From: a virus
Taxonomy: Duplodnaviria > Caudoviricetes
Virus record (IMG/VR): IMGVR_UViG_3300020360_000012
Coordinates: 1 to 26,357 of that record
DNA length: 26,357 nucleotides
Reading direction: 5' to 3' (one strand)
Shown: positions 16,501 through 25,095 of the stretch, piece by piece
How positions within the stretch are numbered: the first letter of the stretch is position 1
Layout of the letters: every line of letters starts with the position of its first letter
Notes under the pieces: generated by a model
Databases searched by the model: none
Seen by the model: only the letters and a program-made list of their open reading frames with translations
What the model was told of the DNA's origin: nothing
Made by a program: the position numbers and the translations under genes

Positions 16501-17450
16501 CATTTACCTTTAGTTTTTTTTGTTCTATTTGGAAAATTGTCTAAAATTTCTCTTTGCGTACTTTCATCTAAATCAAAATCTGTAATAAATCTAGACCTTC
16601 TATTTTTAATATTAGATAATCCTCCACCTAATACTTGTTTAAGTTTTAAATTTGGTTGTCCTGCTTTAATATTTATAAATACATCATTAGGTACTTTGAT
16701 ATTTTCAAAATCTACACGACCTTCAGATTTGTGAAATGCTCTACTTGCATTTTCTAAAATGTTTTGTTTTGTTGCAGGTTTACCATTTAACTGTAGTTTT
16801 TTACCAAAAACCCCAGATAATAATCCACCTGCTAACATACCAAAACCAACATACCCTGCAGTTTCTTCAAAAGTAGCTGTAGGGTCATATGCATGGCGTA
16901 TAGGTTCTGTAGCACCGACTGCCGCACCAGTAAGCAAACCACCTTTAACTGCTTTGTGGACAAAACCTACACCAGATGCAAATGGTATAGGTACATATGT
17001 AATTGGGTCTGCAAACGCCGCAACGAACGCAGGTAAGATTCTACCACTATCTGCTATACGTTCTCTTCGTGCATTATTTCTATCAATTTTTCCTTTTATA
17101 AAATCTGCTTCTTCTTTGTTGCGAACATCTACAAAATCCATTGCGTTTGCACTATAGTTTTCAAAGTCATCTGTATAGGGATTATATGTTTTATCTTCTG
17201 GTAAACTTGCATAATTGTTATCATTTTTATGACTATCGTATATCTGTCCTATCCATGATAACCAAATATTATCTTTTACATCTTCTGCAAAACTTTGTTT
17301 AATTGTAATACCGGGTAATGGGCGTGGCCCAAGAAAACGTGTACTATGTGCATTTAATTGTTGTAAACTTTGTGTTTGTTCTTCACTTAAATTAAAGTCA
17401 TTTACATTATTATTGATTGGAGCGTTACTATTTGTTACCACTTCTTGCAC
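13539..17450 (-). CDS. Large internal virion/ejection protein (T7 gp16 position)
   Basis: 1303 aa immediately upstream of the tail fibre; NFLPRVW, PFQFFSW and glycine-rich hydrophobic segments. Assigned mainly by synteny. Confidence 0.7.
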   Translation of the reverse strand: MQEVVTNSNAPINNNVNDFNLSEEQTQSLQQLNAHSTRFLGPRPLPGITIKQSFAEDVKDNIWLSWIGQIYDSHKNDNNYASLPEDKTYNPYTDDFENYSANAMDFVDVRNKEEADFIKGKIDRNNARRERIADSGRILPAFVAAFADPITYVPIPFASGVGFVHKAVKGGLLTGAAVGATEPIRHAYDPTATFEETAGYVGFGMLAGGLLSGVFGKKLQLNGKPATKQNILENASRAFHKSEGRVDFENIKVPNDVFINIKAGQPNLKLKQVLGGGLSNIKNRRSRFITDFDLDESTQREILDNFPNRTKKTKGKWLKYDAKEEIMYIDLAQAYRLAQTGRGLQPQGKGRIPLPRSIIKNTDDFIKFNIKKELLKKQAPKNSKFRQQKDELLVDYENRIDNVILEDITRENKADRSIKAGAFLSNVDSWGNLGNLVNRTAKRLKNAPPSLIKYIQTRALNLSGDFSTSQRAIDLGIAGDSSVVMRNATEDAADLLEVLDGIKQDYMELRGIDPTTGAVQQFIGKGALFGEKVVNTVRKNILRQKLGDEPAKLTDREYFQQLGKLRIDPDLIEQFQLDVSVQNIYKRSIARLDKYFKKKLKQGKQNEMFASQDSFKIFQLNKLYNRRKAEKLDTTKLNNESKQLLQQKINKLKREEEKFAKKAGFSEQTIEENFLPRVWLIDKIRHNAPQFKEILRKYYQTKLQRQKATIPNNLSGEELDEFLKSRGFVDDINTKVEDVYNKIVDNEATMQDGEGIGGFAKDVDGRFKVGAKNLLQRELDIPNKDVLDFIELDTEFLLRSYHARMAPAIRLAEEFGDTHMVNFLDDLEIKLIKANTPRNEINTIINGFRDEKDKVLGILNTQDPTSFGARTAKTLRNWASVAMMGRVIFSALVDVARPVMVHGFEQSYKVAIKPWLQNLDVYSRAVKDINYLAPIMEMSLDTAAYRELAESGVQGGNRLGDTFGRFIEQPLERAQGPFFMLNGLTPWTHLMKRFQTNIAMHRFIEDSIKWNKGTLDSFGQERLLSYGIDKRTAEVIANMPVEKVDDVAYVANAQEWTGAGADSARRKLSNAIWSDTQRTIVTPTPADKFNMMTGVIRINNEEYANLLDNNFFRMLGYTKTDMGGKFSNAYMGLPFQFFSWGIAANRKVLTSMVQGRERAVMSGITAAISMGMLGDYLKNPSFYGQKDFEEKVIRGVELSGVLGLFGDLNYIAETLSGGLFRKPIGLRPLLGQEGRFGDPDAISALGEIVGAGPSMIADLLYAFGTGNLTYNEKATLIRRMIPFNSLFYIDESFRNMYNDAILR

Positions 17451-19797
17451 TCCATTGTTTTTTATAATTTATAGAATCTGGTGTACTCGCATCTATTAAA
17501 TCTTCTGCATCTTGTGCTGTTATAGTTTTACCTTTTAATTTAGCTTCTCTAATTACTTTTGCTTGTTCTACAGTATTGATACTATTGTTTTTCTTAAGTA
17601 TACCTTTCATAAACTGGTATTCCACTAATGGGTCATATATAATTTCATCACCTTCTTCATTCATAATAGTATACTGCTTATTATTATCATCAATATAAAC
17701 CATTACATATAAAGGGTATGTAGAATTTGTAACAATGGTATTTCTATTTGCTATTGTCATTAATTTAATATCATTAATAGATATATTGGAATCTTGTTCT
17801 GCTAAATTTTTATTGTTAACATACCCTGCTTTTGCAGTTTCTAAAATAGTTCTATGTTGATATGAAATGTCTTGCTTTTTTGTAAAAGGATTTATTAACG
17901 AGTAAAAATCTTCTATAGGATTAATGACAAAAGATGAATCAATATCTTTTATATTATCTTCACTAAGTGCAGTAGCACCACTAATTCCTAATTTACTAAA
18001 ACCTACATAACTATGAGCCATTGCATTATCAAATGCTCTTTCTGCATATTCTTCAATAGTATCTACTGTTATTTTACCACCAATTTTATTATTTTGAATT
18101 TGTCTTACTACATATTGTTGTAAGTCTTCTATAGGAAAAGATGAAACAAAATCATCACGGAATGTACCTTGTGCTTTTTGCCCTAAGGTTGTTACAATAG
18201 CTTCTTGTATATCTTTTTTGCTAAAACTTGTGCCTTGTATATTAATTATATCTTTTAAAGGTAAACCATCTGGGCCAAGGTCAAATGCATTATTAATATC
18301 TGTTTGCGTTATTTGTCGTTGTCCAAAAATTCTTAACTGTTGTAAATAATCAAAGGCATTTATATCTTCTTGACTAAATCCTAAATTTTCAAAAGTATTT
18401 TTTACGGCTATACCATTTCTTGTATATAAAACATCATTTTGTAATTGTGCTAATTGAGGTAACATAGTTCGTACAAAGACTTCATCTACTTTCATTTTAT
18501 CAATAAATTGATTTCGTTGTGTTGTTGGTAAATATTTATGAACTTTCATAATACCTGTTATCTGTTGTGCATAATTTGACCCATTAACGTCTAATTTAGT
18601 TCCAAGTGTATTATTAAAATATCTATTTGCGTCTACTAATAAAAGGTTTCCATCTGCTTTTCCAATTGAATTCATTTCTATTTTACTCGGAACAACAGCA
18701 TCTTCATTAGAAAGCATTGTTTCTGCATTAATTCGTAAAGTTGCAAGACTATCTTGGTTTGATTCTAATCCAGATAATAGAGCTTTTTTTCGTGTAAGCA
18801 TTGTTCTTATCTTTGTTTTGGCACTAGCATCAAGAGCACCCAATTTTTCTACAAACTCTGCTTGAGTAACCTTAACTGCATCACCATCTGGTGCTTGAAG
18901 ATTACCTACACCACCATCAACTAATATCAACATATTATCAATATTTTTAATTTCTCTGCTTAATGTATCTAAATTTTGATTTTCAAAATCGCCTACACCA
19001 GTAAATTTTCCATACACATTACCAAATGCAACAAGTGCTGATAAATCTTTAAGTTGTTCTTTTCCATTTAATGATGCATATTCCGAGTTTTCCATATATG
19101 CTGATAACTCATTTTTAAACTGTTCTAATGTGCCTTTTGCTAAATTTGGCATATTACTATTAAGTGCTACAAATATTTTTTCTTCAGTATCTTCAAAATA
19201 GTTTTGTGCATTTATGTTATTTTGTTTATTCTCAAAACGAATACGATTAGTTTGTACTGTATTACCATAAGATTGAATTGTGCTATCTATTTCTGGTTGT
19301 ATATATGCACTAAATTTAGACGGCAGTTCTGATAATAGACCACCTAATGTATTATTAGCCATAGCTTCAAACTGGTCAATTGTACCATTTTCTTGTTTTA
19401 CTTCATTACTTACCTTTTGACCAACTTCATTAACAGTATTCATAACGTCTGCACGAAATCGTGATAAAACTATTTGGTCAAACTTTTCTCTACTAGCCCT
19501 AAACAATAATCCAGAGTTTTCTATAGGTTTATATTTTATTTGTGATACTTCTTGTCCATCATTTCCTATCACTGTTTCTATATCTTTTTCAAATTGTACT
19601 TCTTCAGCTAGTCCTTTTGCTCTTGATTCATCAACAGTTTGTGCTGTTTTCATTAAACCATCACTTACTTTTTCTATAGCAGATGACCATTGATTCTGTA
19701 CTTCTTTTGATTTGTTAATAGCTGTTTGAAATCCAAAGCCAGAGTTAACTTGTATTTGATTGCGGTAGTCTACTAAATCTTTCGCTCGTTTTACCAT
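17428..19797 (-). CDS. Internal virion protein (T7 gp15 position)
   Basis: Long helical ORF; likely start ATG 19797 (MVKRAK) just after the stop of the upstream gene; assigned by synteny. Confidence 0.65.
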   Translation of the reverse strand: MVKRAKDLVDYRNQIQVNSGFGFQTAINKSKEVQNQWSSAIEKVSDGLMKTAQTVDESRAKGLAEEVQFEKDIETVIGNDGQEVSQIKYKPIENSGLLFRASREKFDQIVLSRFRADVMNTVNEVGQKVSNEVKQENGTIDQFEAMANNTLGGLLSELPSKFSAYIQPEIDSTIQSYGNTVQTNRIRFENKQNNINAQNYFEDTEEKIFVALNSNMPNLAKGTLEQFKNELSAYMENSEYASLNGKEQLKDLSALVAFGNVYGKFTGVGDFENQNLDTLSREIKNIDNMLILVDGGVGNLQAPDGDAVKVTQAEFVEKLGALDASAKTKIRTMLTRKKALLSGLESNQDSLATLRINAETMLSNEDAVVPSKIEMNSIGKADGNLLLVDANRYFNNTLGTKLDVNGSNYAQQITGIMKVHKYLPTTQRNQFIDKMKVDEVFVRTMLPQLAQLQNDVLYTRNGIAVKNTFENLGFSQEDINAFDYLQQLRIFGQRQITQTDINNAFDLGPDGLPLKDIINIQGTSFSKKDIQEAIVTTLGQKAQGTFRDDFVSSFPIEDLQQYVVRQIQNNKIGGKITVDTIEEYAERAFDNAMAHSYVGFSKLGISGATALSEDNIKDIDSSFVINPIEDFYSLINPFTKKQDISYQHRTILETAKAGYVNNKNLAEQDSNISINDIKLMTIANRNTIVTNSTYPLYVMVYIDDNNKQYTIMNEEGDEIIYDPLVEYQFMKGILKKNNSINTVEQAKVIREAKLKGKTITAQDAEDLIDASTPDSINYKKQWSARSGNK

Positions 19798-19798
19798 A

Positions 19799-20311
19799 TT
19801 ATAAACCGAACTTCTTTCCAAGTGCATCAAAGTCTAATGATGCCAAAGTTCCAAATGATGTGCCAATAGCATCAGTAACTAATGCTTGTCTTGAACTCTT
19901 ATACGCACTCGCACTTGCATTACTTGCTATTTGTGTTTGTTGTGCTCCATATAGTGCATTAAGTTGTCGTTCTGTACCCTGTAGTCTTAAATTACGTATA
20001 TCTCTTTTTTTAGCTTCAACATTTGACTTAAAGAAAGCACCAAAACTTGGTGAGTTAATATCAATATTTGTTCCTGCTAGTGTATTATAATTAGAAGCAT
20101 ATTCTTCAGCCGCAATACGTTTTCTTTGCGTAATTTTTTGTTGCATTGCTAGTGCTTCTCCTTCTGCCTGTTGTTTAAACTGTTTTTGCTGAAGTGCTAG
20201 ACGTTGTTGTTCTAGTGCTTGTTGGCGTTTCATAGCTTGTTGTTGTTGCCTCATTCCAAACAATGACGTACCTATTGACGCTACAGTTAAAGCAATTGCT
20301 ACATCACACAT
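19799..20311 (-). CDS. Internal virion protein (T7 gp14-like)
   Basis: MCD start, hydrophobic N-terminus, Q/A-rich coiled coil; follows tail tubular B. Confidence 0.7.
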   Translation of the reverse strand: MCDVAIALTVASIGTSLFGMRQQQQAMKRQQALEQQRLALQQKQFKQQAEGEALAMQQKITQRKRIAAEEYASNYNTLAGTNIDINSPSFGAFFKSNVEAKKRDIRNLRLQGTERQLNALYGAQQTQIASNASASAYKSSRQALVTDAIGTSFGTLASLDFDALGKKFGL

Positions 20312-22776
20312 TAATACATTACCTCCGAAGTAATTGATAAAATTCTAAATGGTACTGGAATTGACTGCGTTATCTTAACACTTGGTTGTGTACTATATCC
20401 TAAAGCGTATATTTCTTTTTTTCCGGTAAAACTTATCATTCCTGTACTTGGTGCTATTCCATTACCCAGTAATATATCTTTTTCATTAAGTTGTAAATTA
20501 TATGTTTTATTTAACTCTAATACAGTTTTACCTATTTTTTTGGGAAATCCATAGAGTGAACCTAGTCCTCTTACAGTTTGCATAGAATCAATAGGTAATG
20601 TTTCTATATCAACAGTATAATCTAATCCAATATCACAACTACTTGCTACCTTTTGGAATTGTACTACACCGCCAGAAGAAACAGTACCAGAACCATAATA
20701 AAAAATTGCATCTTCTTCTGTTGAGCCAGATGTTGCATGAACTACTTTCCCAATAAGTGATGGTGTAGAATTAAGACCAGAAAATACTTTACTTGTTGTA
20801 AATACAAGTGTTGCATTATTACTTTGTGATGTAACTGCATCAAGTATCAATATATATTCATTTGTATTACCTGTAGCATTTACACTTTGTATAGTAAATG
20901 TTGTGCCTGTTCCTGCAAATTGAAATGATTCTCCAACTGATGGAGCATTTGTAAATCCATCTACTATTAGTTGTTTTGAACTTGATACAGCACCATTTAC
21001 TGCAGGTGAACCATGCGGTTGATAAGAACCCGATAGTGTTTTAGATACAGTACAATCTGTCGGTACAGCAAAGGGTGAGTTAGCCCATTGTTCAAGATTA
21101 TAAACAGTAACACCATTTATTGTTCTTTTAACAGCTGTATATAAAAAACTTGTTATTCCTGCTACAGATTCAAATATACCATCTGTTGTCCATAAAACCC
21201 AACCTGCTAGTTTTTCTTGTCTGTGTGCTGTAAATACGCCAATAGAACCATCATCATTTACAAATAATATATATTGTTCTGTTCTTGCACCTGCTGAGCG
21301 AACTATGGCAGAATCTGTTGGATTTGAAATAGCTTGTGGTGATAACGTGTTAATAAGTGTGGGGGTATATTCTTCAACAGCACTATTAAAAAAATATTCT
21401 CTTACATTTTTACCATTGTTTTGGACAAATAAACCTGCACCATCAAATATTCTAGGCATTGGTGATAATGAACAACCAAGATTGCTTTGTCGTATTATTT
21501 GTAAATCAACGGGTGTAAGAGGTTTACCTACCTGTGGTTTTAAATAAAACTCACCTGTGCTTGTTAGTATTTCTAAATTTTTACCAGATATAATATGACG
21601 TATCTCATTTATTCTATCACTTGAAATATTTATCTGTATTGAATCTGTATCTTGTGCATCTCCTACATCAAAATTGAAGAAATCTGCTGTTTTAGAACCT
21701 GCTAAAAAATCTGGAAGTGAACTACCACCACCAAAAAATAAACGCTGTTGATGAAACTTTGCTGTTTTGGGAAAGCCATTGGGTGTTGAATATACTTGTT
21801 CGTCCCAACTACGTGTAGGAGGGTGTCCAACAATAGTAACATTAACACCACCGCCATCTTGCGAGTCATTAGCTGTATCACTACTACCTGCTGTAAACTC
21901 ATAGTGATTGTCATCAACAACAGTTATAGTTTGTGCTCCATTAAGATTACCTTGAGCAAGACCATTACCATCATCATTAAAAATATCTTCTGCACCCTCT
22001 ATTGTAATACTTGCACCTGTTGTAAACCCATGAGCAACGTGGGTTACTTTAACTACACCACTTCCTTGTTTTGTTTTAAATGGGTCATCATCTAGTTCAA
22101 TGCTTACATCTTTTTTTAATGTTCCTGTAACTGTTGTTGCATCTGTATATCCACTTATTAAAATTTCTGACCCATGATATCGTATGATTGTACCAACATA
22201 TGCTGAGGTAAAATAATCTGCACTTGTTATAGCTGTTACTGAACCTGCGGTGCTTGTATTAATATCAAGTGTAATTGTATCATCTGCAAATTTAAAATAT
22301 GGTTGAAATCTTTGTTCACCATTTACAGAGTCTTTAAATGCAAAGTCTGTTCTTGTAAATGTAGTTGCACCAGTTCTTTTTAAAATTTGTGGTGTCATTG
22401 ATGAATGAACAACAATCATTGAATCGCCTTGTTGTGTTACATTTAATTCAAATAATATAGATGTTGTCCACGGGCAACTTGTAATAGTTTGTAAAAGTGT
22501 TCCATTACTTGAATAAATTTTCAGTGCAGTATTTTGAAATGCTAAAATATACTCTTGTGTTTCATTAAATACAAAACCTTCTAAACGTGATTGTGCTCCT
22601 AAATCTGCTCTGTAAAGCGTTCCTGCTCTTCTTTCAACAGCACCTTGATTTAATGTAAAAACATTTCGTGCTTTTTTTAATGCTTGTTGATAACTTCCAA
22701 TATCTGTTCTTGCGATAATTGTTTCATCAACTTCTCCCCGTGTAAAACTATTTTGATGTGTTCTTGATGTTGGCAT
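20311..22776 (-). CDS. Tail tubular protein B / nozzle (T7 gp12-like)
   Basis: QNSFTRGE, GAVERRAGT, FPKTAKFHQQRLFFGG, LEILTSTGEF, IGLDYTVDIETLP and PVPFRILSI; 821 aa. Confidence 0.88.
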   Translation of the reverse strand: MPTSRTHQNSFTRGEVDETIIARTDIGSYQQALKKARNVFTLNQGAVERRAGTLYRADLGAQSRLEGFVFNETQEYILAFQNTALKIYSSNGTLLQTITSCPWTTSILFELNVTQQGDSMIVVHSSMTPQILKRTGATTFTRTDFAFKDSVNGEQRFQPYFKFADDTITLDINTSTAGSVTAITSADYFTSAYVGTIIRYHGSEILISGYTDATTVTGTLKKDVSIELDDDPFKTKQGSGVVKVTHVAHGFTTGASITIEGAEDIFNDDGNGLAQGNLNGAQTITVVDDNHYEFTAGSSDTANDSQDGGGVNVTIVGHPPTRSWDEQVYSTPNGFPKTAKFHQQRLFFGGGSSLPDFLAGSKTADFFNFDVGDAQDTDSIQINISSDRINEIRHIISGKNLEILTSTGEFYLKPQVGKPLTPVDLQIIRQSNLGCSLSPMPRIFDGAGLFVQNNGKNVREYFFNSAVEEYTPTLINTLSPQAISNPTDSAIVRSAGARTEQYILFVNDDGSIGVFTAHRQEKLAGWVLWTTDGIFESVAGITSFLYTAVKRTINGVTVYNLEQWANSPFAVPTDCTVSKTLSGSYQPHGSPAVNGAVSSSKQLIVDGFTNAPSVGESFQFAGTGTTFTIQSVNATGNTNEYILILDAVTSQSNNATLVFTTSKVFSGLNSTPSLIGKVVHATSGSTEEDAIFYYGSGTVSSGGVVQFQKVASSCDIGLDYTVDIETLPIDSMQTVRGLGSLYGFPKKIGKTVLELNKTYNLQLNEKDILLGNGIAPSTGMISFTGKKEIYALGYSTQPSVKITQSIPVPFRILSITSEVMY

Positions 22777-22777
22777 A

Positions 22778-23395
22778 CTATGACGAAGATGGAACTACAG
22801 CAGTAATGCCATTCAACGCTCCTCTTTGTCGTACTTCTATTAACAGACTGCTACGTAGTTTCCTTGTTGTTTGTGTTTGTGATTCTGTTGCTCGTGCAAC
22901 TTGTAATTGTAGTAATGCTCTTTTTTGATATAAAATTGATAAATTATCATTTCTGGCAATAGCCCCTGCAAATAATGAAGCTAATTCAAATTTAAGAACT
23001 TCAGTAAAATATGGTGGCATATCATTTTCATGTGGTCTGAATGTATAATCACATACTACTGTATCTGCTGTAGATGTATTTGTAAAAATAAAATCACCAT
23101 ATCTATCAAATACAATAACATTATCACTTACTGTACACGTATGTATAAGTATTGCATCTGCAGGTATTGCATATGAAGATTCAAATCTATCTAATGGGTC
23201 TACTGTACTTTTAGATAAAACAGCTTGTTTACTTGCAAATCTCCATCTTGCTCGTGTTAAATGTCCTTTAAGTGTTGATTCATATAACTGATTTGCCACA
23301 AGACTTTCAGTTGTATTGTCTGTAAATGACGCAATAGTATTCGCACCAATAAGTATTAGGGCTTGATTACATATATCTATATTTGTTACTGCCAT
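22778..23395 (-). CDS. Tail tubular protein A / adaptor (T7 gp11-like)
   Basis: IDICNQALILIGANTI.SF, RWRFA, YAIPAD and MPPYF...LA. Confidence 0.88.
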   Translation of the reverse strand: MAVTNIDICNQALILIGANTIASFTDNTTESLVANQLYESTLKGHLTRARWRFASKQAVLSKSTVDPLDRFESSYAIPADAILIHTCTVSDNVIVFDRYGDFIFTNTSTADTVVCDYTFRPHENDMPPYFTEVLKFELASLFAGAIARNDNLSILYQKRALLQLQVARATESQTQTTRKLRSSLLIEVRQRGALNGITAVVPSSS

Positions 23396-23396
23396 A

Positions 23397-23424
23397 TAAA
23401 AATAAAGGGGGTGTTACCACCCCC
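23397..23424 (-). terminator. Rho-independent terminator after the capsid/decoration genes (T-phi position)
   Basis: Minus strand GGGGGTG-GTAA-CACCCCC-TTTATTTTT: 7-bp stem, GNRA loop, U-rich tail. Confidence 0.88.
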
Positions 23425-23429
23425 AGTAC

Positions 23430-23678
23430 TTATGTACCATTAATTGTTGTTACTGTTGCGGCGGCAGTAGCACTTGATACTACAATTAAATCTGCAGTAC
23501 GTGTACCCCCTGTTGCACCAACAACAAGAATTAAATCGTTTTGTTTTAATTGATTCGTTGCACTATTAAAGTACCCAGAACCAGTTATAGTACCGATTGC
23601 GTCAGCAGAGTTATACATAAACAAACTCTGGTCACCACCAGTTGCTATCATTTTTAATGTTGTTTGTGAAAATGCCAT
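23430..23678 (-). CDS. Putative capsid decoration/cement protein (82 aa)
   Basis: Small A/G/T-rich protein (Y.SADAI.TI..SGYFN......L...DLI) between the capsid gene and the terminator, implying high copy number. Confidence 0.6.
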   Translation of the reverse strand: MAFSQTTLKMIATGGDQSLFMYNSADAIGTITGSGYFNSATNQLKQNDLILVVGATGGTRTADLIVVSSATAAATVTTINGT

Positions 23679-23687
23679 GTATCCCCC

Positions 23688-24512
23688 CTATTCCTGAATT
23701 ATACATTGAATCATACCTTCACCATCAATCTCAACTGCACCCATACTCATGTAAGATGTAATTAAGTTTGAAACTTTTTCAGGTATGTAGTTAACTTCAG
23801 TTCTAACGTCAGAACCCATAGCAAGACCAACTGCTGATTTATGATAGGCATGACAATCTCTGTTACTTCCAGAAAGTGTCAATCCAGAATGTGTAAACCA
23901 CATAAAGCCTAACCATCTTTTTGCAGTAAGACCACCTGCATAAGGTAAATCATTCTCGCCTACATATTCTGCTCTTGAGAACTGGTCTATTTGTAATAAG
24001 TCTGCCCAACCCGCAGATGATACTACAAAATATCTTTGCCCATCATCTGGAATATCTCCAGAACCAAATGCTTCATAAACAGTTAATGCTTTAGCCAAAG
24101 TAAGACCTGCACTACCATGTGCAACATTGTTACTGTTTGAACCTGCATCTAATATATCGATAATTAGTTGGTCAGTTTTTCTACCTAGTGCAGATGCCGC
24201 ACTTTGAGAAAGAACTTGTCTTTCGTCAATGTTTGTTTTCAACTCGTCTAGTCTATCGACATAATCTGCCGCATAGAAATCTGATAGAGTTACATCTACA
24301 GTATTGTGAGTAATTTCCATAGTTGGAACATTAGCGTGTCTGCTTTTTTCAGTAGCAGAGCCTTTACCCACTTTTTGGAATCTCGCTTGAGAACCCTTAA
24401 CATTATTAAGCGTTCTGACAGTATTCTTTAATTTTGAGCCCATACGCTGATAAGCCATGTGGACTTCACTTTCAAATTGCTTAATAAATGCAGTTGTAAT
24501 GGAAGTTGCCAT
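23688..24512 (-). CDS. Major capsid protein
   Basis: ITTAFIKQFESEVHMAYQRMGSKL, VDRLDELK, ALGRKTDQLII and WLGFMW; strong AAGGAG RBS; downstream of the scaffold. Confidence 0.92.
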   Translation of the reverse strand: MATSITTAFIKQFESEVHMAYQRMGSKLKNTVRTLNNVKGSQARFQKVGKGSATEKSRHANVPTMEITHNTVDVTLSDFYAADYVDRLDELKTNIDERQVLSQSAASALGRKTDQLIIDILDAGSNSNNVAHGSAGLTLAKALTVYEAFGSGDIPDDGQRYFVVSSAGWADLLQIDQFSRAEYVGENDLPYAGGLTAKRWLGFMWFTHSGLTLSGSNRDCHAYHKSAVGLAMGSDVRTEVNYIPEKVSNLITSYMSMGAVEIDGEGMIQCIIQE

Positions 24513-24550
24513 TATATACTCCTTTATTAGTTACTATTAAACAAATTTCA

Positions 24551-24614
24551 AGTTATCCATTTTTATCTTTTTGGGTTGCCCAGTAGCGTGGGCCCAAATG
24601 TTTAAGAATGGGCT
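24551..24614 (-). promoter_or_regulatory. Structured element upstream of the capsid gene with duplicated internal-loop motif
   Basis: Minus strand AG-C-CCATT-CTT-AAACA-TTTGGG-C-CCA-CGCTAC-TGG-GCAA-CCCAAA-AAG-ATAAA-AATGG-ATAA-CT folds into one long hairpin. Confidence 0.6.
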
Positions 24615-25095
24615 TTACTCCTCTAAAAACCTTTATATTAGGTTTTTTATAAAAGTATAACATTTTTTGTCCTTTGACAAGTACTGGTGTGTTTTTAAAT
24701 GTAAATCCTAAAAATTTTAGCCATTTTATAGTTTTCTTTTGCTCTGGTGTACAGATATTAAATAGAAAGTCATAGTGTTCTTCAACATACCGAACAAAAG
24801 GTATATTACCCTTACAAAACTTTACAAAACTTTGCATTGGTTCTTCTGAAGATAAATACCAGATTGCTCCTATTCTTTCATTTTCTTTTGTTGGGCAAAC
24901 ACCCCACATTGCTATTACTTCATCTTTATTATTAAATAAAGAAAATGTAATAATATTCTTACGTTGTATTCTGAAGGGATATAACAAAGATAATAATGGC
25001 TCTTTGTTAATTGTAGCTAATTCATATCTATCAGTTTGTTTTAATTTTGGTACAAGTTCAAAACAATCATCTGGGATTGCTATGTCCATGTACAT
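24553..25095 (-). CDS. GNAT-fold protein, T7 gp13/DUF2833-like
   Basis: LKQTDRYEL, VIAMWGV, GAIWYLSS, YDFLFN and TIKWLKFLGFTF match the gp13-like acetyltransferase pattern. Confidence 0.75.
   Translation of the reverse strand: MYMDIAIPDDCFELVPKLKQTDRYELATINKEPLLSLLYPFRIQRKNIITFSLFNNKDEVIAMWGVCPTKENERIGAIWYLSSEEPMQSFVKFCKGNIPFVRYVEEHYDFLFNICTPEQKKTIKWLKFLGFTFKNTPVLVKGQKMLYFYKKPNIKVFRGVKPILKHLGPRYWATQKDKNG

Noticed and set aside
14077-17157. Plus-strand ORFs (71-144 aa) antisense to the large internal virion protein, and similar ones elsewhere in the late arm
   Set aside because: Antisense shadows of long genes, mostly with TTG starts, no RBS and no motifs.
13539-19797. Lytic transglycosylase or virion RNA polymerase domain in the internal proteins
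   Set aside because: No recognisable catalytic motifs were found by eye; it cannot be supported without profile searches.
11190-23690. Genome-wide TAG reassignment
   Set aside because: TAG at 22778 is followed by an out-of-frame start, TAG at 17428 ends a gene overlapping the next one, and long genes are intact in the standard code.
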